The notes beneath the pieces are model-generated. The model searched no databases. It was not told the DNA's origin and saw nothing but the letters and a program-made list of their open reading frames with translations. A stretch of DNA of 64,000 bases. Origin: Chloroflexota bacterium. Lineage in GTDB: Bacteria > Chloroflexota > Limnocylindria > Limnocylindrales > CSP1-4. Numbering within the stretch: the first letter of the stretch is position 1; the number at the start of each line of letters is the position of its first letter. A program made the translations under genes and the position numbers. Positions 30,319 through 40,642 of the stretch are shown here, one piece after another. The stretch lies in contig PNAP01000007.1 of assembly GCA_003169735.1 (NCBI GenBank), positions 43,738 through 107,737 on the forward strand. The letters are read 5' to 3'.

Positions 30319-31059
30319 GTGACTGATCCGACCGCCGATCCCGGGCCGCCGGAACCCGAGGATCTGCCCGACCTGCCCGAGCCGGGCGGCCTCATCTTCG
30401 ACCTCGACGGCACGCTTGTCGATACCGTGCCGGCACGGATCGAGGCGTGGCTCGACACGTTTCGCGAGGTCGGGTTCCCGGCCGACCGCGCCCATCTTGC
30501 CGGCCTCATCGGCGCCGACGGAAAGCGGCTCGCGCGCGAAGTTGCGGAGGTCGGCGGACGGCGTCTCTCGGAGGATCGCGCCGAGGCCATCGATCGGCGC
30601 GCTGGTGAACGCTTCGACGAGATCAGCCTCGATCCGCAGCCGTTGCCCGACGCCATCCTGCTTCTGAGCGCGCTCGGTGCGTCAACCTTGCCGTGGGCCA
30701 TCGCCACGTCGAGCCGAGCGGAGCAGGTGACGGTCTCGATCAAGGCGCTCGGGTTGGCCAACGGACCGCACATCGTCGATGGCAGCCAGGTCACGCAAGC
30801 GAAGCCGGCGCCCGACCTGCTGCTCCACGCGGCCGAGCAGATCGGCGTCGCCAGCCACCGATGCTGGTACGTGGGCGACTCGACCTGGGACATGCGCGCC
30901 GCACGCGCGGCCGGGATGACCGCGCTGGGCGTCTCGACGGGCGCGGCGTCGGCGGATCAGCTGCGCGGCGCCGGCGCCCGCGTGGCGATCAGTTCGCTCG
31001 AAAGGCTGCGGCAGGAATTGCGGCGCCGGGGGCTGGTGGCGGGAAGCGGTTCGGAGTGA
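30319..31059 (+). CDS. HAD-superfamily hydrolase (phosphatase / beta-phosphoglucomutase-like)
   Basis: 'LIFDLDGTLVDT' (DxDGT motif I) and 'VGDSTWDMRAARAAG' (motif IV). Confidence 0.75.
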   Translation: MTDPTADPGPPEPEDLPDLPEPGGLIFDLDGTLVDTVPARIEAWLDTFREVGFPADRAHLAGLIGADGKRLAREVAEVGGRRLSEDRAEAIDRRAGERFDEISLDPQPLPDAILLLSALGASTLPWAIATSSRAEQVTVSIKALGLANGPHIVDGSQVTQAKPAPDLLLHAAEQIGVASHRCWYVGDSTWDMRAARAAGMTALGVSTGAASADQLRGAGARVAISSLERLRQELRRRGLVAGSGSE

Positions 31060-32911
31060 TGCCGGGCAGCGGCTGAACGACGCTCCGTGGCGTCCACAGC
31101 CGGGCCGGAGCGGTCGGCGATTCAGCCGGCATCGGCGCATTCTGGGCGGTCGACATGCCGTGCACGAACGCAGCCACGAGGGTCGGATCGAGTTGGCTGT
31201 CGGACGCATCCTCGAGGCGCACCAGCGCCTCCTTGACCGAGAGTGCCTTGCGGTACGGACGCGTCGTGGTCATCGCCGAGAATGCGTCGGCGACGGCCAG
31301 GATCCGAGCGATGAGTGGGATCTCAGTGCCGGCCAGGCCATCGAGATAGCCGGTTCCGTTCCATTGCTCGTGGTGATGGCGGATGCCGAGGCGGACCTGG
31401 TCGAGATCGGGCAGGTCGCGCACGATCATGTAGCCGAGCGCGACGTGTTGCTTGACCACGCTGTACTCGTCGGGCGTGAGTTTGCCGGGCTTGCGCAGGA
31501 TCTGGTCGGGGATACCGATCTTGCCGACGTCGTGCAGGCGTCCCGCCACGTGGAGCGTGCGCCGCACCGCCGCCGGCAGCCCGAGCCGATCGGCCAGGAA
31601 GACGGCATACCGCGCGACGTCATCGGAGTGGCGCTTGGTGTAGTTGTCCTTGGTGTCGACGGCGATGACCAGGCCCTGGAGGATGTCGAAGCTCTTGCGC
31701 ACGTCGCTCGCCTCGGGCATCGGCTCGGCGAGGCGGACCTTGTCCCCGCCGCCCTGCTTGGCCTGTTGGAGCGCCTGTGTCGCGAGGGAGAGCAACTCGG
31801 TCGCCGCGCGGCCATGTCGCGGATACGCAGCCAGGCCGACGCTGACCGTGACCGGCAGATGCTCCGAGTCACCGAAACGCGGCCCGAAGGCGACGAGCCG
31901 CGTCCGGAGCCGCTCGACCGCCGGCCCGAGATCATGGATGCACGATGCCGGCGTCACGACCAGGAACTCGTCGGGGCCATACCGGCCGATCGCCGTCTCC
32001 TCGGACATCTCGGAGCGCAGCGTACGCGCCACTTCGCGCAGCACCTGGTCGCCGGGATCGTGGCCGTGCGTGTCGTTGAGGCCGCGGAAGTTGTCGACGT
32101 CGATGAGCGCCAGTCCGACGCTCTCGCCAGGAGCGGCGCGCTCCATCTCGGCGTTCAGCCGGGCCACGATGGCGCCGTGGGTGAAGAGCCCGGTCAGGGC
32201 ATCGCGGCGCGTCGACTCGAGCAGTTCGGCGGTCTGGCGCTTGAGCCGCCGATCGGCGCCGCGGAACAGGAAGTACAGGAGGAAGGCCAGGATCGCCCCG
32301 GCGGCGCCGGTCATGAGCAGCACTTCGCGGGTCGTCTTGTCGATCTGGGCGATGATCGCGCCGGCGTCGCGGTAGACCTCGAAGACAGCGACCACGGGAC
32401 CGTCACCGAAGGAGACGGGCAGGTACTCCTCGATGGCCGGACCGTGGCCGATGAGGTCGGGCTCCTCGTCGCTGAAGTCGGTCTTCAGGTCCGAGTGCGG
32501 GATGCCCGCCAGCGCATCCTGAAGGTCGTCTTCGAGTCCGAAGTTGTCGCCGCGCAACTGGGCCTTGTCGGCGAGCAGGACCGTGCCGCTCTTGTCGAAG
32601 ACCTTGATGCGAAAGAGACCGTTTCGGACGAGGACCTGCATCTGCCCTTCGACCTGGGCGATCCGATCCGGTGTCAAGGCATTCGGCTGCAACAGCTCGG
32701 CGGGCGTGAGGTTGGCCTCGGCGAACGCCAGGACCAGCGAGCGGTCGGCCTGGACGGATGAGCCGATGGCGGTATCGCGGACATCGTTCGAGACGACCGT
32801 GGTCAGGGCCACAGCCGTGAAGGCGACGAGCACGAGGCTCACGACGTAGACGACCGCGAGCAACCGGGGCGCCCGGCGCCGAGGGTCGAGCGACGGCATC
32901 CTCATGTGCAC
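30989..32911 (-). CDS. membrane sensor protein with GGDEF (variant 'GPDEF') and HD-GYP domains
   Basis: N-terminal TM plus a periplasmic-like domain, a second TM, a GGDEF domain ('RYGPDEFLVV'), then an HD-GYP domain ('HDVGK...HHEQWNGTGYLDGL'). Confidence 0.8.
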   Translation of the reverse strand: MHMRMPSLDPRRRAPRLLAVVYVVSLVLVAFTAVALTTVVSNDVRDTAIGSSVQADRSLVLAFAEANLTPAELLQPNALTPDRIAQVEGQMQVLVRNGLFRIKVFDKSGTVLLADKAQLRGDNFGLEDDLQDALAGIPHSDLKTDFSDEEPDLIGHGPAIEEYLPVSFGDGPVVAVFEVYRDAGAIIAQIDKTTREVLLMTGAAGAILAFLLYFLFRGADRRLKRQTAELLESTRRDALTGLFTHGAIVARLNAEMERAAPGESVGLALIDVDNFRGLNDTHGHDPGDQVLREVARTLRSEMSEETAIGRYGPDEFLVVTPASCIHDLGPAVERLRTRLVAFGPRFGDSEHLPVTVSVGLAAYPRHGRAATELLSLATQALQQAKQGGGDKVRLAEPMPEASDVRKSFDILQGLVIAVDTKDNYTKRHSDDVARYAVFLADRLGLPAAVRRTLHVAGRLHDVGKIGIPDQILRKPGKLTPDEYSVVKQHVALGYMIVRDLPDLDQVRLGIRHHHEQWNGTGYLDGLAGTEIPLIARILAVADAFSAMTTTRPYRKALSVKEALVRLEDASDSQLDPTLVAAFVHGMSTAQNAPMPAESPTAPARLWTPRSVVQPLPGITPNRFPPPAPGAAIPAAAFRAN

Positions 32912-33003
32912 GGCAGGGTGCGATCCACGCGGCGGAACCTAGCCCGAGGGGTACCGGATTGTCGATAGCCCCTTTGGGCCACCGAGACAAGCCCGCGGAT
33001 CGG

Positions 33004-34134
33004 TCAGGCGCCGGCCTTGGCGTCCTCCGTCGCCGGCGTGGCATGGACGATCGGGTGGCGCCGATGCCGATCGATCTTGAGCGGCAGCAGCGATCCGAGC
33101 GACTCGGCCACGACGAGGGCGTCGTCACCGGGTTGGAGGGCGAAGTCGGTGGGCGGATTGATGTGCGTCTCGGTGCCGCGGCTGATGGCCAGCAGGGTCG
33201 CGCGATGCTCCGTCCGGAGCTTCATGCTCACCTCGTCCACGGACAGGCCGAGGAACTTGTCCGGAAGCGTCACCCGGTACAGCTCGGATCCGAATCCTCC
33301 CGAAACGATGTCGGTAACGAGGCTCGTCAGGCCCGGATAGATGGCGGAGCGGGCCAGCAGGTGCGCCGACAGCCGGGACGTGACGAGGACCTCATCGGCA
33401 TGCGCTCGCTCGAAGTGCTCGACGTGACGTGGGTTGTTGCACTCGACCACGATGCGCACGTCGGGCGCCACGGCGTCGATGGCGAGGACGGTCAGGATCG
33501 AGGTCATGTCCGCCTCGTTGCTTGCCGAGGAAGGGAAGACGACGGCCGCATGTGCGGCCTTGATATCGGCCCGCTCCAGGGCCTCCGCCTCGGTCGGGTC
33601 GCCGCGCACGAAGTAGACCGCATCTCCGGCCGGGTTCCGTTCCGAGTCGTGGATGAGCACGACCTTGAGCGGGTACTCGTCGCCGCGCAATTCCTCGACA
33701 AGATCACGAGCGGTCGAGTTCCAGCCACAGACGACGATGTGGTTGCGGTAGCCCGATGCCCCCATTCCCTGTCCCTCCTTGAGCAAGAAGTCGATGATGA
33801 CGGCGATGAGCACACCGGTGATGAGGCCAAGCATGAGCACGCCGACGATGATCAGCACGACATAGACCAGCCAGCCACCCGGTGTCGTGACGAACCCGGA
33901 GTCGCCGTTGCCGAGGATCGAGGTGATGGCCCAGTAGAACGATGCGCCGTACCGATCGAGGTTCAATCCTCCCTCGAGGATGGACACGATCAACGCCGAC
34001 ACCGCGACGATGGCGAGGAGCGCCTCGATCACGAGCAGGACGAGCCGCGCATTCAACTGCCGTCCGACCTGGCGTCCGTACCACGCCAGTCTTCGGACTA
34101 CGGGATGGTGGACGAAGGGAACCGAGCGGAACAT
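33004..34134 (-). CDS. potassium-channel family protein with TrkA-N/TrkA-C (RCK) domains
   Basis: Two TM helices plus a pore-like loop ('[11 protein letters not shown]'), then a Rossmann RCK domain ('[17 protein letters not shown]'). Confidence 0.7.
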   Translation of the reverse strand: MFRSVPFVHHPVVRRLAWYGRQVGRQLNARLVLLVIEALLAIVAVSALIVSILEGGLNLDRYGASFYWAITSILGNGDSGFVTTPGGWLVYVVLIIVGVLMLGLITGVLIAVIIDFLLKEGQGMGASGYRNHIVVCGWNSTARDLVEELRGDEYPLKVVLIHDSERNPAGDAVYFVRGDPTEAEALERADIKAAHAAVVFPSSASNEADMTSILTVLAIDAVAPDVRIVVECNNPRHVEHFERAHADEVLVTSRLSAHLLARSAIYPGLTSLVTDIVSGGFGSELYRVTLPDKFLGLSVDEVSMKLRTEHRATLLAISRGTETHINPPTDFALQPGDDALVVAESLGSLLPLKIDRHRRHPIVHATPATEDAKAGA

Positions 34135-34137
34135 CGG

Positions 34138-34902
34138 TCAGACCGATCGAGCGGGTGCTCGTCGAAAGACCTCGAGCCAGACCTGGGCCCCGAATTGGTC
34201 CTCGGTCGACTCCCGCACCTCAAGATCACGCTTGGCGCCAGCTTGCTTCAGCCAGTCGAGGTCATGCGCGATCATGCCGCCCGGTCCGCCATCAGGTCCC
34301 TGCCCGACCCAGCTCGCACCGAGGTAGTCGGGTCGCCGCTCGCTGACCGGGACGTACGACGCGAACAGCAGGCCGTCCGTGGCCGCATGCTCGGCGAAGG
34401 AATCGAGCAGTTGCTCGATCTGCGGCTTCGCAGCGTGACTCCACACGCTGCGTGCCAGCACGAAATCGGGTCTGCCTCCGAAGACGCCGACGTTGAACGA
34501 TCGATCATCAGAGAACCGCGGACTCTTGGCTTCCTCCAGACCAGGCTCCAGGATCTCCTTCCGCCCGCCACTGAGGAACTCCTGGCTGGGCTCGATCCCG
34601 TGATAGCCGCCTGGATCGAGGAAGTGGATCAGCCAGTAGCCGGCGCGCAACGTGCCACAACCGACATCGACGACCATCGAGTCCGGCCTCAGGCCGCGCC
34701 GCAGGAGGGCGATGAGTTGCGACCGCCCGTCCTGCTCGAAATGCTCGACCGGGCCACCGAGGAACAGGTGCCCACTGACCGCCTCGGCCCGACGTTGCAG
34801 CGGGCCGTCGAGGGTCCGCACAACGGACGCGGTCGTGGGGCGCGGTCCGTGTCCAGCTCGTCCGGGCGCGAGCATTGTTCGCAGCCTCCGAGTCACGTGC
34901 AC
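34138..34902 (-). CDS. class I SAM-dependent methyltransferase
   Basis: 'VVDVGCGTLRAG' is SAM-binding motif I. The start may be the internal ATG ~34875. Confidence 0.7.
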   Translation of the reverse strand: MHVTRRLRTMLAPGRAGHGPRPTTASVVRTLDGPLQRRAEAVSGHLFLGGPVEHFEQDGRSQLIALLRRGLRPDSMVVDVGCGTLRAGYWLIHFLDPGGYHGIEPSQEFLSGGRKEILEPGLEEAKSPRFSDDRSFNVGVFGGRPDFVLARSVWSHAAKPQIEQLLDSFAEHAATDGLLFASYVPVSERRPDYLGASWVGQGPDGGPGGMIAHDLDWLKQAGAKRDLEVRESTEDQFGAQVWLEVFRRAPARSV

Positions 34903-35008
34903 GATCTAGCCCCCTCTCGGGTGCCGCCGCGGGAGATCACCTGGGCAGGCCCTCCCGGTGCGACACCATCACCGTACACGACAGGGATGGCGCGGCGCGA
35001 CATCCCGC

Positions 35009-35785
35009 TCACGCGTCGACCACCTCCATCCGGATGCGCTTGTTGATGCGGCCCTTGGATTCGTAGCCGGTGACGTGGATCCGCCCGACCTCGGAGGTAT
35101 TCGCAACGTGCGTGCCACCGTCGGCCTGAAGGTCGAGCCCCTCGATGTCGATGACGCGGATCTCCGAGATGCCCGGCGGCAGCAGGTTGATCTTGGTGCG
35201 GATGAGATCGGGGATGGCGAACGCCTCGTCGCGCGGCAGGACGCGGACGTGGATGGGATGCGCGGCGGCCAGCTCGGCGTTGACACGCGCCTCGATGCTG
35301 CTCACGAGATCGCCCGACATCGACTCGAACTCGAAATCCATCCGGCCACGACCCGGCTCCATGTTGCCGCCCGTGACGAGCGCGCCGTGGTCGCGCCAGA
35401 CGACGCCGCACAGGGCATGCAGCGCGGTATGGGTGCGCATCAACAGGTGACGGCGCGGCCAGTCGATCTCCGCCACGACCGCATCGCCGGCCTGGAGCGC
35501 GGCCGCCGACCCACGTTCCGCCACAGAGGCCGCGATTCGATGGACGATGGCCGGGCCGGCCTTCGCCGCCGATTCGACCGGCCACGAGGGGCTGCCATCG
35601 GCGTCCGCGCGCTGCAACCATCCGTTGTCGGCCGGCTGGCCGCCGCCACCGGGATAGAAGACGGTTCGGTCGAGGATCACCTCAAGGACGCCGTCGTCTG
35701 CCCGGTGCACCGCCTCGACCGTGGCTCGAGTGGAGCGCGCGTACGCGTCTCGATAGCAGATGGCGTCGGTGACCTGATCGCCCAT
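35009..35785 (-). CDS. alanyl-tRNA editing protein AlaX-M (Ser/Gly-tRNA(Ala) deacylase)
   Basis: 'HTALHAL' and 'GGTHV' zinc-binding motifs of the AlaRS editing domain. 258 aa. Confidence 0.8.
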   Translation of the reverse strand: MGDQVTDAICYRDAYARSTRATVEAVHRADDGVLEVILDRTVFYPGGGGQPADNGWLQRADADGSPSWPVESAAKAGPAIVHRIAASVAERGSAAALQAGDAVVAEIDWPRRHLLMRTHTALHALCGVVWRDHGALVTGGNMEPGRGRMDFEFESMSGDLVSSIEARVNAELAAAHPIHVRVLPRDEAFAIPDLIRTKINLLPPGISEIRVIDIEGLDLQADGGTHVANTSEVGRIHVTGYESKGRINKRIRMEVVDA

Positions 35786-36357
35786 CAGGTCTCGATGGTA
35801 AACGAGCCGTGCATCGTCGCGTAGTGGGTCGGGACGGTGCGCGCGAACTGGAGCGAAGCGCTTTCGGCGGTGGCCGTGTACTGGAACTCCTGCACCCCGG
35901 ATTCCCTTGCCGGCACGCCGGGCAGACCGGTCGTGTCGCCCTTCTTGAGGTCGGCGGCCACCCCGTCATGCGTGATCTCGAGCGAGATGGTCTCGGTCAG
36001 GTCGATGACGTTGGCCGCCGGGCTGGGGCTTGGGCTGGGGCTTGGGCTCGGGCTCGGGCTCGGGGTCGGCGAGGTCGATGGGCTGGGCGATGCGGTGGCC
36101 GATGGAGCTGGGCTCGGGCTCGGGGTCGGCGACGGCGATGAGCTGGCCGACGCGGGAGCCGAGGTGGCCGACGGCGACGGGCCGGGACTGGTCGACGAGC
36201 CCGGGCTCGCACCTGCTGAGGCGGTAGCGGCCGGCGTGCCGGTGGGTAACGGGGCGAACGTCCACGTCACTCCAGCCGAGCGGTCCGCGCAGGCGGTCGC
36301 GGCCAGGCAGATCGCGGCGAGGAACGCGAGGCGGATCGGTCGGGTCATCGTGCGCAT
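35785..36357 (-). CDS. Ser/Pro-rich lipoprotein, function unknown
   Basis: Internal start 'MRTMTRPIRLAFLAAICLAATACA' gives a lipoprotein signal peptide. It is followed by a long (SP)n low-complexity linker and an ~80-aa C-terminal domain. Start coordinate is uncertain by about 1 nt. Confidence 0.5.
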   Translation of the reverse strand: MRTMTRPIRLAFLAAICLAATACADRSAGVTWTFAPLPTGTPAATASAGASPGSSTSPGPSPSATSAPASASSSPSPTPSPSPAPSATASPSPSTSPTPSPSPSPSPSPSPSPAANVIDLTETISLEITHDGVAADLKKGDTTGLPGVPARESGVQEFQYTATAESASLQFARTVPTHYATMHGSFTIET

Positions 36358-36412
36358 CCGCGGATATTGCGGCATCCGGCGGGCATGTGATGGCGCGGTC
36401 GCTACGCCTGAC

Positions 36413-39400
36413 TCAGCCGCGGCCCGAACGAAGGGCATCGGCGGCGACCGGCTCATCCGGGACGAGGCCCAGGCGGATGGCCTTGCCGGTGGCCTCGGTG
36501 CGTCCGGCGACGCCGAGTTTGGCGAGGATGCGGCGGACATGGACGCCGACCGTGCGGTCGCTGATGAAGAGACGATCGGCAATCTCGCGATTGGTGCGTC
36601 CTTCGGTCAGTACCTGCAGCACTTCCATCTCGCGTGGGCTCAGCCCGAAAGGGGCGGCGGCGACACGCGTCCCGTCGCTCCCGAACCGCTCCGCGATGGA
36701 GGGCACGCCATCGTCCGCACCCGGACCAACCGGTACGCGTCCGCCCCCGGCTCGCGTCAACGCCGGCCCGCCGAGTGGACGCCGCGCTTCGCGTGCCACC
36801 GGCACGATCACCTTGGGCCTCGCATCCGCGAGCGCCGCCGCCTCGGCGGCGCCGGGCAGGACGATGCGGGCACGACGCGCGAGATCGGCAAGCGCCCAGC
36901 GGAGCGGCGCCGAGGGTAATTCACCGCTGATCTGCCACGCCTCCCGAAGCGGCGCCTGCGCGGCATGCCTGCCGTCGCCCGCCTGCAGGAGTGCCCGCGC
37001 CTGCCACCATCTGGCCTTGGCCTGCTGGTACGGGACCGGTACCGCGGCCCATGCCTCGGCCAGGCGGGCCCACGCCGTTGCGGAGGGCTTGCCTCGAAGT
37101 CTGGCCAGATGTGCGCGTGCCATGTCGAGGTGCAGCTCAGCTTCCCGCCGGGCGCCGAGCGTCGGCGAAAGCGGACTGTCGGCCACGCTGCGCTCGGCGT
37201 CGGCCAGGGTGCGGGCGGCCAGTTCGCCGGCCGTGGCGACGGCGCTGTAATCGCGGCGTTGCCGGCCAGCCTCGGCGAGCGCGACGGCCGCCTCGAGCGC
37301 GGTCGATGACGCCATGGCGATCTGGACGGCTTCGCCCGTCTCGAGCACGCGATCCCACTCCCGGCTTGCGACGGCCACGGCATCGGCGGCTTCGCCGCGC
37401 CACAGCAGCAGGCTGACCGCGGCTCGCAGGACGAGTGCCGTCCACTGGCCGGCCGGGACCTGCTCGAGCTGCAGCAGCGTCTGGCCGACGAGCCGCGTGG
37501 CTTCCTCATCAGCCCGGGATTCGACGAGCACCAGCCCGAGATAGAGGATCGGGCTGAACCAGGGCACGCCGGCCGGCCGGTACGCCATGCCGGCCCGACA
37601 CTCGACCTCCGACTCCGCCCAGCGCCCGAGGTTGAACAGGATGTCTGCCGCGTTGCCGCGCAGGAAGGCGCCGTAGGTATCGCCCGTGCCGGCGGCCCGG
37701 GCATCGCGGATGCCGTCTTTGACGACGCTCAGCGCCTGTTCGCGGCGCGAGTCGAGGTCGAGCAACGTCGTCCGGTTGGCGTACGCGCGCATCAGGTCGT
37801 CGAGGCTGCCGGTCCGGCGCGCGATGTCGGTCGCCTCCTCGAGGAGCGCCAGACCGCGGTCGAGTTGGCCAAGGTAGGCCATGTCCACGCCGAGCGTGCA
37901 CGTCGCGTGCCCGAGTTCGTCGAGCGCGATCGGTTCGGTCGCGCGCGCCACGTCGCACGCCTGGTTGGCGATGCCGGCACTCTCGGCGAAGCTGCCGTCG
38001 AGCATCAGGTGCTGCGCGAGGACGGCCAGGGCGCCGGCGCGAGCCTGACTCGGCGCCTCGTCGATGAGCGCCAGCGCTTCGTGCATGTTCTGGAGCCCAC
38101 CGACGAGATCGCCGCTCGCCCAGCGATACCGACCGAGTCGTTCGTGGAGCACGCCCTGGCGCGTCCGCTCGAGCCGCCGCGTCTCCAGGCGGTCAGCGCG
38201 TTCCTCCGGCGTCCAGGGGCGCTCTCCGGTGGCGGTCCCGACGCGGCGCGGGCGAGCGTCGATGGCCCGCTTGACCAGCGCGGCGGCGCGTCGGAACGAG
38301 CCCGCTGCCGCAGCCGCGGCGCCCGCCGCCACCAGGGTCGCGGTCACATCGGCGAGCGGGTCGGTGCTGTCTGGCGTCGACTCTCCGAGGTCGAGCGCGG
38401 CCTGGTACGAGAAGAGCGCTGTCTCTCCGGGATCGAGTCGCTGCGCTGCGGCAGCCGCGGCAAGGTGCGCGGATCGAGCATCGACCGGTTGGAGTGCCGC
38501 CGTCAGGTGCCACGCCGCTTCGGCGGGCGAAACCTCTCTCGAGAGCGCCACCGCACCGTGCACCGCCTGCCGCTCGGGCGGAAGGCAGAGCGCCTCGATG
38601 GCTTCGGCATACAGCTCATGCGCGATGGCGATGGCATCGCCAGGGCGCTCGACCGCCAGACCGCTCGCCAGCGCGTCATCGAGTGCCTGGCGGTCGAGCC
38701 GGCCTTCGCGCATCGGCAGCGACGTGCAGGCGTGGCGCGGCAATGGACGCCGTACGGCGGCCAGCAGGCGGACCGCGCGCAGTCCGCCAGGCGACAGCGC
38801 ATCGAGACGGGCGGCGAGCACTTCCTCGAACGGGTCGGACAGGCGCATCCCGGCCAGCCGTGCGTGGGCGGTGATGAGCTGCGTGGCCCGCAATGGGTTG
38901 CCGCCCGATCCCTCCATCAGCGCCGCCATGAAACTCCCTGTAGGCCGATCACCGCCCATCTCGAGCGAGATCCTCTGCAACTCGTCGCTGCTGAGCGGCC
39001 CGAGCTCGATGGGATCGAAGCCATCGGCGTTCGCCAGAGCCGCGATGAAGCCGTGCGCCGGGTGGCGGCGATGGAGCGCGTCGGGCTCATAGGTCAGGAT
39101 CAGGCAGATGGGTGATCGCCGACCCATGCCCAGCATCGCATCGATGAAGCGGCGCGTCGCAGGGTCGCTCCAGTGGAGGTCCTCCAGCGCCAGGACCACG
39201 ATGCCGGTCGCGGCGAGGCGCTCCATCGCGCCGAGGATGCTCTCGACGACTCGGTTGCCGAGCTGCGCGACCGAGCTGAGGGCGGGCGGGTCGCGCGGAA
39301 CGGCGAGGTCGTCGAGACGCGGCACGAGGTCCGGCAAGAGGGCGCAGAGATCATGCCCGGCCGGCCCCACGACCGTCGCCAGGCGTTCGTCGGGGAGCGT

Positions 39401-39727
39401 CGCGAGCGCCGTGCGCAGCGCCTGAGCCACCGCGGCGTACGGCTGGCCAGCCTGTGGTTCGTAACCCTGGCCACGTGCCACGAGGACATCGGGCACATCG
39501 GCCAGCCGCGTCTCGAGTTCGTCGAGCAGACTGGAGGCGCCGATGCCCGCCTGTCCCGCAACCAGCACCCGAGTGGCCTCGCCGTCGGACGCCCGTTGGA
39601 TGGCCCGCGCGAGATGGGCCAACTCACGCTCGCGGCCCATGAACGCCATGCGCGCAAGCATACCTGCGGCGGTGCTCGATACTGGAGCCGTGACCCCACC
39701 CTCGGTGCACCCCGACAACGCGCTCAA
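36413..39727 (-). CDS. LuxR-family transcriptional regulator with N-terminal AAA/STAND ATPase (LAL-type)
   Basis: C-terminal 'LTEGRTNREIADRLFISDRTVGVHVRRILAKLG' is a LuxR HTH. N-terminal Walker A 'VLVAGQAGIGASSL'. ~1100 aa with a helical repeat region. The start is possibly at an internal ATG (~39661). Confidence 0.8.
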   Translation of the reverse strand: MSALSGCTEGGVTAPVSSTAAGMLARMAFMGRERELAHLARAIQRASDGEATRVLVAGQAGIGASSLLDELETRLADVPDVLVARGQGYEPQAGQPYAAVAQALRTALATLPDERLATVVGPAGHDLCALLPDLVPRLDDLAVPRDPPALSSVAQLGNRVVESILGAMERLAATGIVVLALEDLHWSDPATRRFIDAMLGMGRRSPICLILTYEPDALHRRHPAHGFIAALANADGFDPIELGPLSSDELQRISLEMGGDRPTGSFMAALMEGSGGNPLRATQLITAHARLAGMRLSDPFEEVLAARLDALSPGGLRAVRLLAAVRRPLPRHACTSLPMREGRLDRQALDDALASGLAVERPGDAIAIAHELYAEAIEALCLPPERQAVHGAVALSREVSPAEAAWHLTAALQPVDARSAHLAAAAAAQRLDPGETALFSYQAALDLGESTPDSTDPLADVTATLVAAGAAAAAAGSFRRAAALVKRAIDARPRRVGTATGERPWTPEERADRLETRRLERTRQGVLHERLGRYRWASGDLVGGLQNMHEALALIDEAPSQARAGALAVLAQHLMLDGSFAESAGIANQACDVARATEPIALDELGHATCTLGVDMAYLGQLDRGLALLEEATDIARRTGSLDDLMRAYANRTTLLDLDSRREQALSVVKDGIRDARAAGTGDTYGAFLRGNAADILFNLGRWAESEVECRAGMAYRPAGVPWFSPILYLGLVLVESRADEEATRLVGQTLLQLEQVPAGQWTALVLRAAVSLLLWRGEAADAVAVASREWDRVLETGEAVQIAMASSTALEAAVALAEAGRQRRDYSAVATAGELAARTLADAERSVADSPLSPTLGARREAELHLDMARAHLARLRGKPSATAWARLAEAWAAVPVPYQQAKARWWQARALLQAGDGRHAAQAPLREAWQISGELPSAPLRWALADLARRARIVLPGAAEAAALADARPKVIVPVAREARRPLGGPALTRAGGGRVPVGPGADDGVPSIAERFGSDGTRVAAAPFGLSPREMEVLQVLTEGRTNREIADRLFISDRTVGVHVRRILAKLGVAGRTEATGKAIRLGLVPDEPVAADALRSGRG

Positions 39728-40607
39728 CGAGCTGCCCGGCGGGGAGTGGCTCTACTTCACCAAGTCGCTCTGGACGACGGCCTACCCGTCCGAATTGGGC
39801 CATGCCGTCCGAAAGGCTCACGGCGCGAACAAGCCGCCGCGGCTGATGGCGCGCCTGATCGAGTTCTTCACGGTGCGGGACGAGCTGGTGCTCGATCCGT
39901 TCGCCGGGGTGGGTGGGACGCTGCTCGGCGCGGCGATCTGCCGGGCTCCGCGACGGTCGCTGGGCATCGAACTCGAGCCGCGCTGGGCCGAGGTCTACGA
40001 GTCCGTCGTGCGCGACGCGTGTGCCGAGCGGGACGGCGCTGGAGCGTTGCTGGCCGACCTGGGCCCGAGCGATCCCGGCGGCACGCGGTCATTCGACCCG
40101 AGTGGCTGCCGGATGGAGGTCGGCGATGCGGTCGAGTCGCTGGCTGCCCTGGCCACCGGGTCGGTCGACTTCGTGGCCACCGACCCGCCCTACAACCCCC
40201 AGCTGCGAATGACGATGTCGGGCGGGAAGCTCTCTGACGCCTTCGCCAATCGGCGGACCGATTACGCGATGGTCACCGACCAGCCGGCCGACCTCGCCAA
40301 CAGCGCCAGCTACGACGAGTATCTCGATCGGATGGAGGCGATCCTGGGCCAGCTGCGGCGGGTCTTGCGCGACGGCCGCTACGCCACGGTCATCGTCCGA
40401 GACGCGTACCAGGACGGCCGCTACCGCTTCACCGGCTCGGATCTTGCCGCGCGCGCCGAACGGCAAGGTTTCGTCACCAAGGGCGACCTCATCTGGTACC
40501 AGGCCGGCACCCGGCTACGACCCTACGGCTACCCTCGCAGTTTCGTGCCCAACATCGTCCACCAGCACATCCTGGTCTTGCGCGCCCATAGCCTCCGGCG
40601 CGGCTAG
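39648..40607 (+). CDS. amino-methyltransferase (N6-A/N4-C DNA methylase-like) with motif I before the DPPY motif IV
   Basis: 'KPPRLMARLIEFFTVRDELVLDPFAGVGGT' is the helper plus motif I region of PF01555-like enzymes. 'SVDFVATDPPYNPQ' is motif IV. The order is permuted relative to beta-class methyltransferases. Start uncertain (ATG 39648 or GTG ~39692). It overlaps divergently with the LAL gene's 5' end. No restriction-enzyme-like gene is nearby. Confidence 0.65.
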   Translation: MRASIPAAVLDTGAVTPPSVHPDNALNELPGGEWLYFTKSLWTTAYPSELGHAVRKAHGANKPPRLMARLIEFFTVRDELVLDPFAGVGGTLLGAAICRAPRRSLGIELEPRWAEVYESVVRDACAERDGAGALLADLGPSDPGGTRSFDPSGCRMEVGDAVESLAALATGSVDFVATDPPYNPQLRMTMSGGKLSDAFANRRTDYAMVTDQPADLANSASYDEYLDRMEAILGQLRRVLRDGRYATVIVRDAYQDGRYRFTGSDLAARAERQGFVTKGDLIWYQAGTRLRPYGYPRSFVPNIVHQHILVLRAHSLRRG

Positions 40608-40642
40608 CCGGAGGCGTGCGCTGATCTGGCGCGGCTAGCCAG

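Noticed and set aside
35990-36230. Highly repetitive 'ggctcgggct' DNA that could be mistaken for a repeat array
   Set aside because: It encodes the (Ser-Pro)n linker of the lipoprotein on the minus strand. It has no spacer/repeat organisation and no cas genes, so it is not CRISPR.
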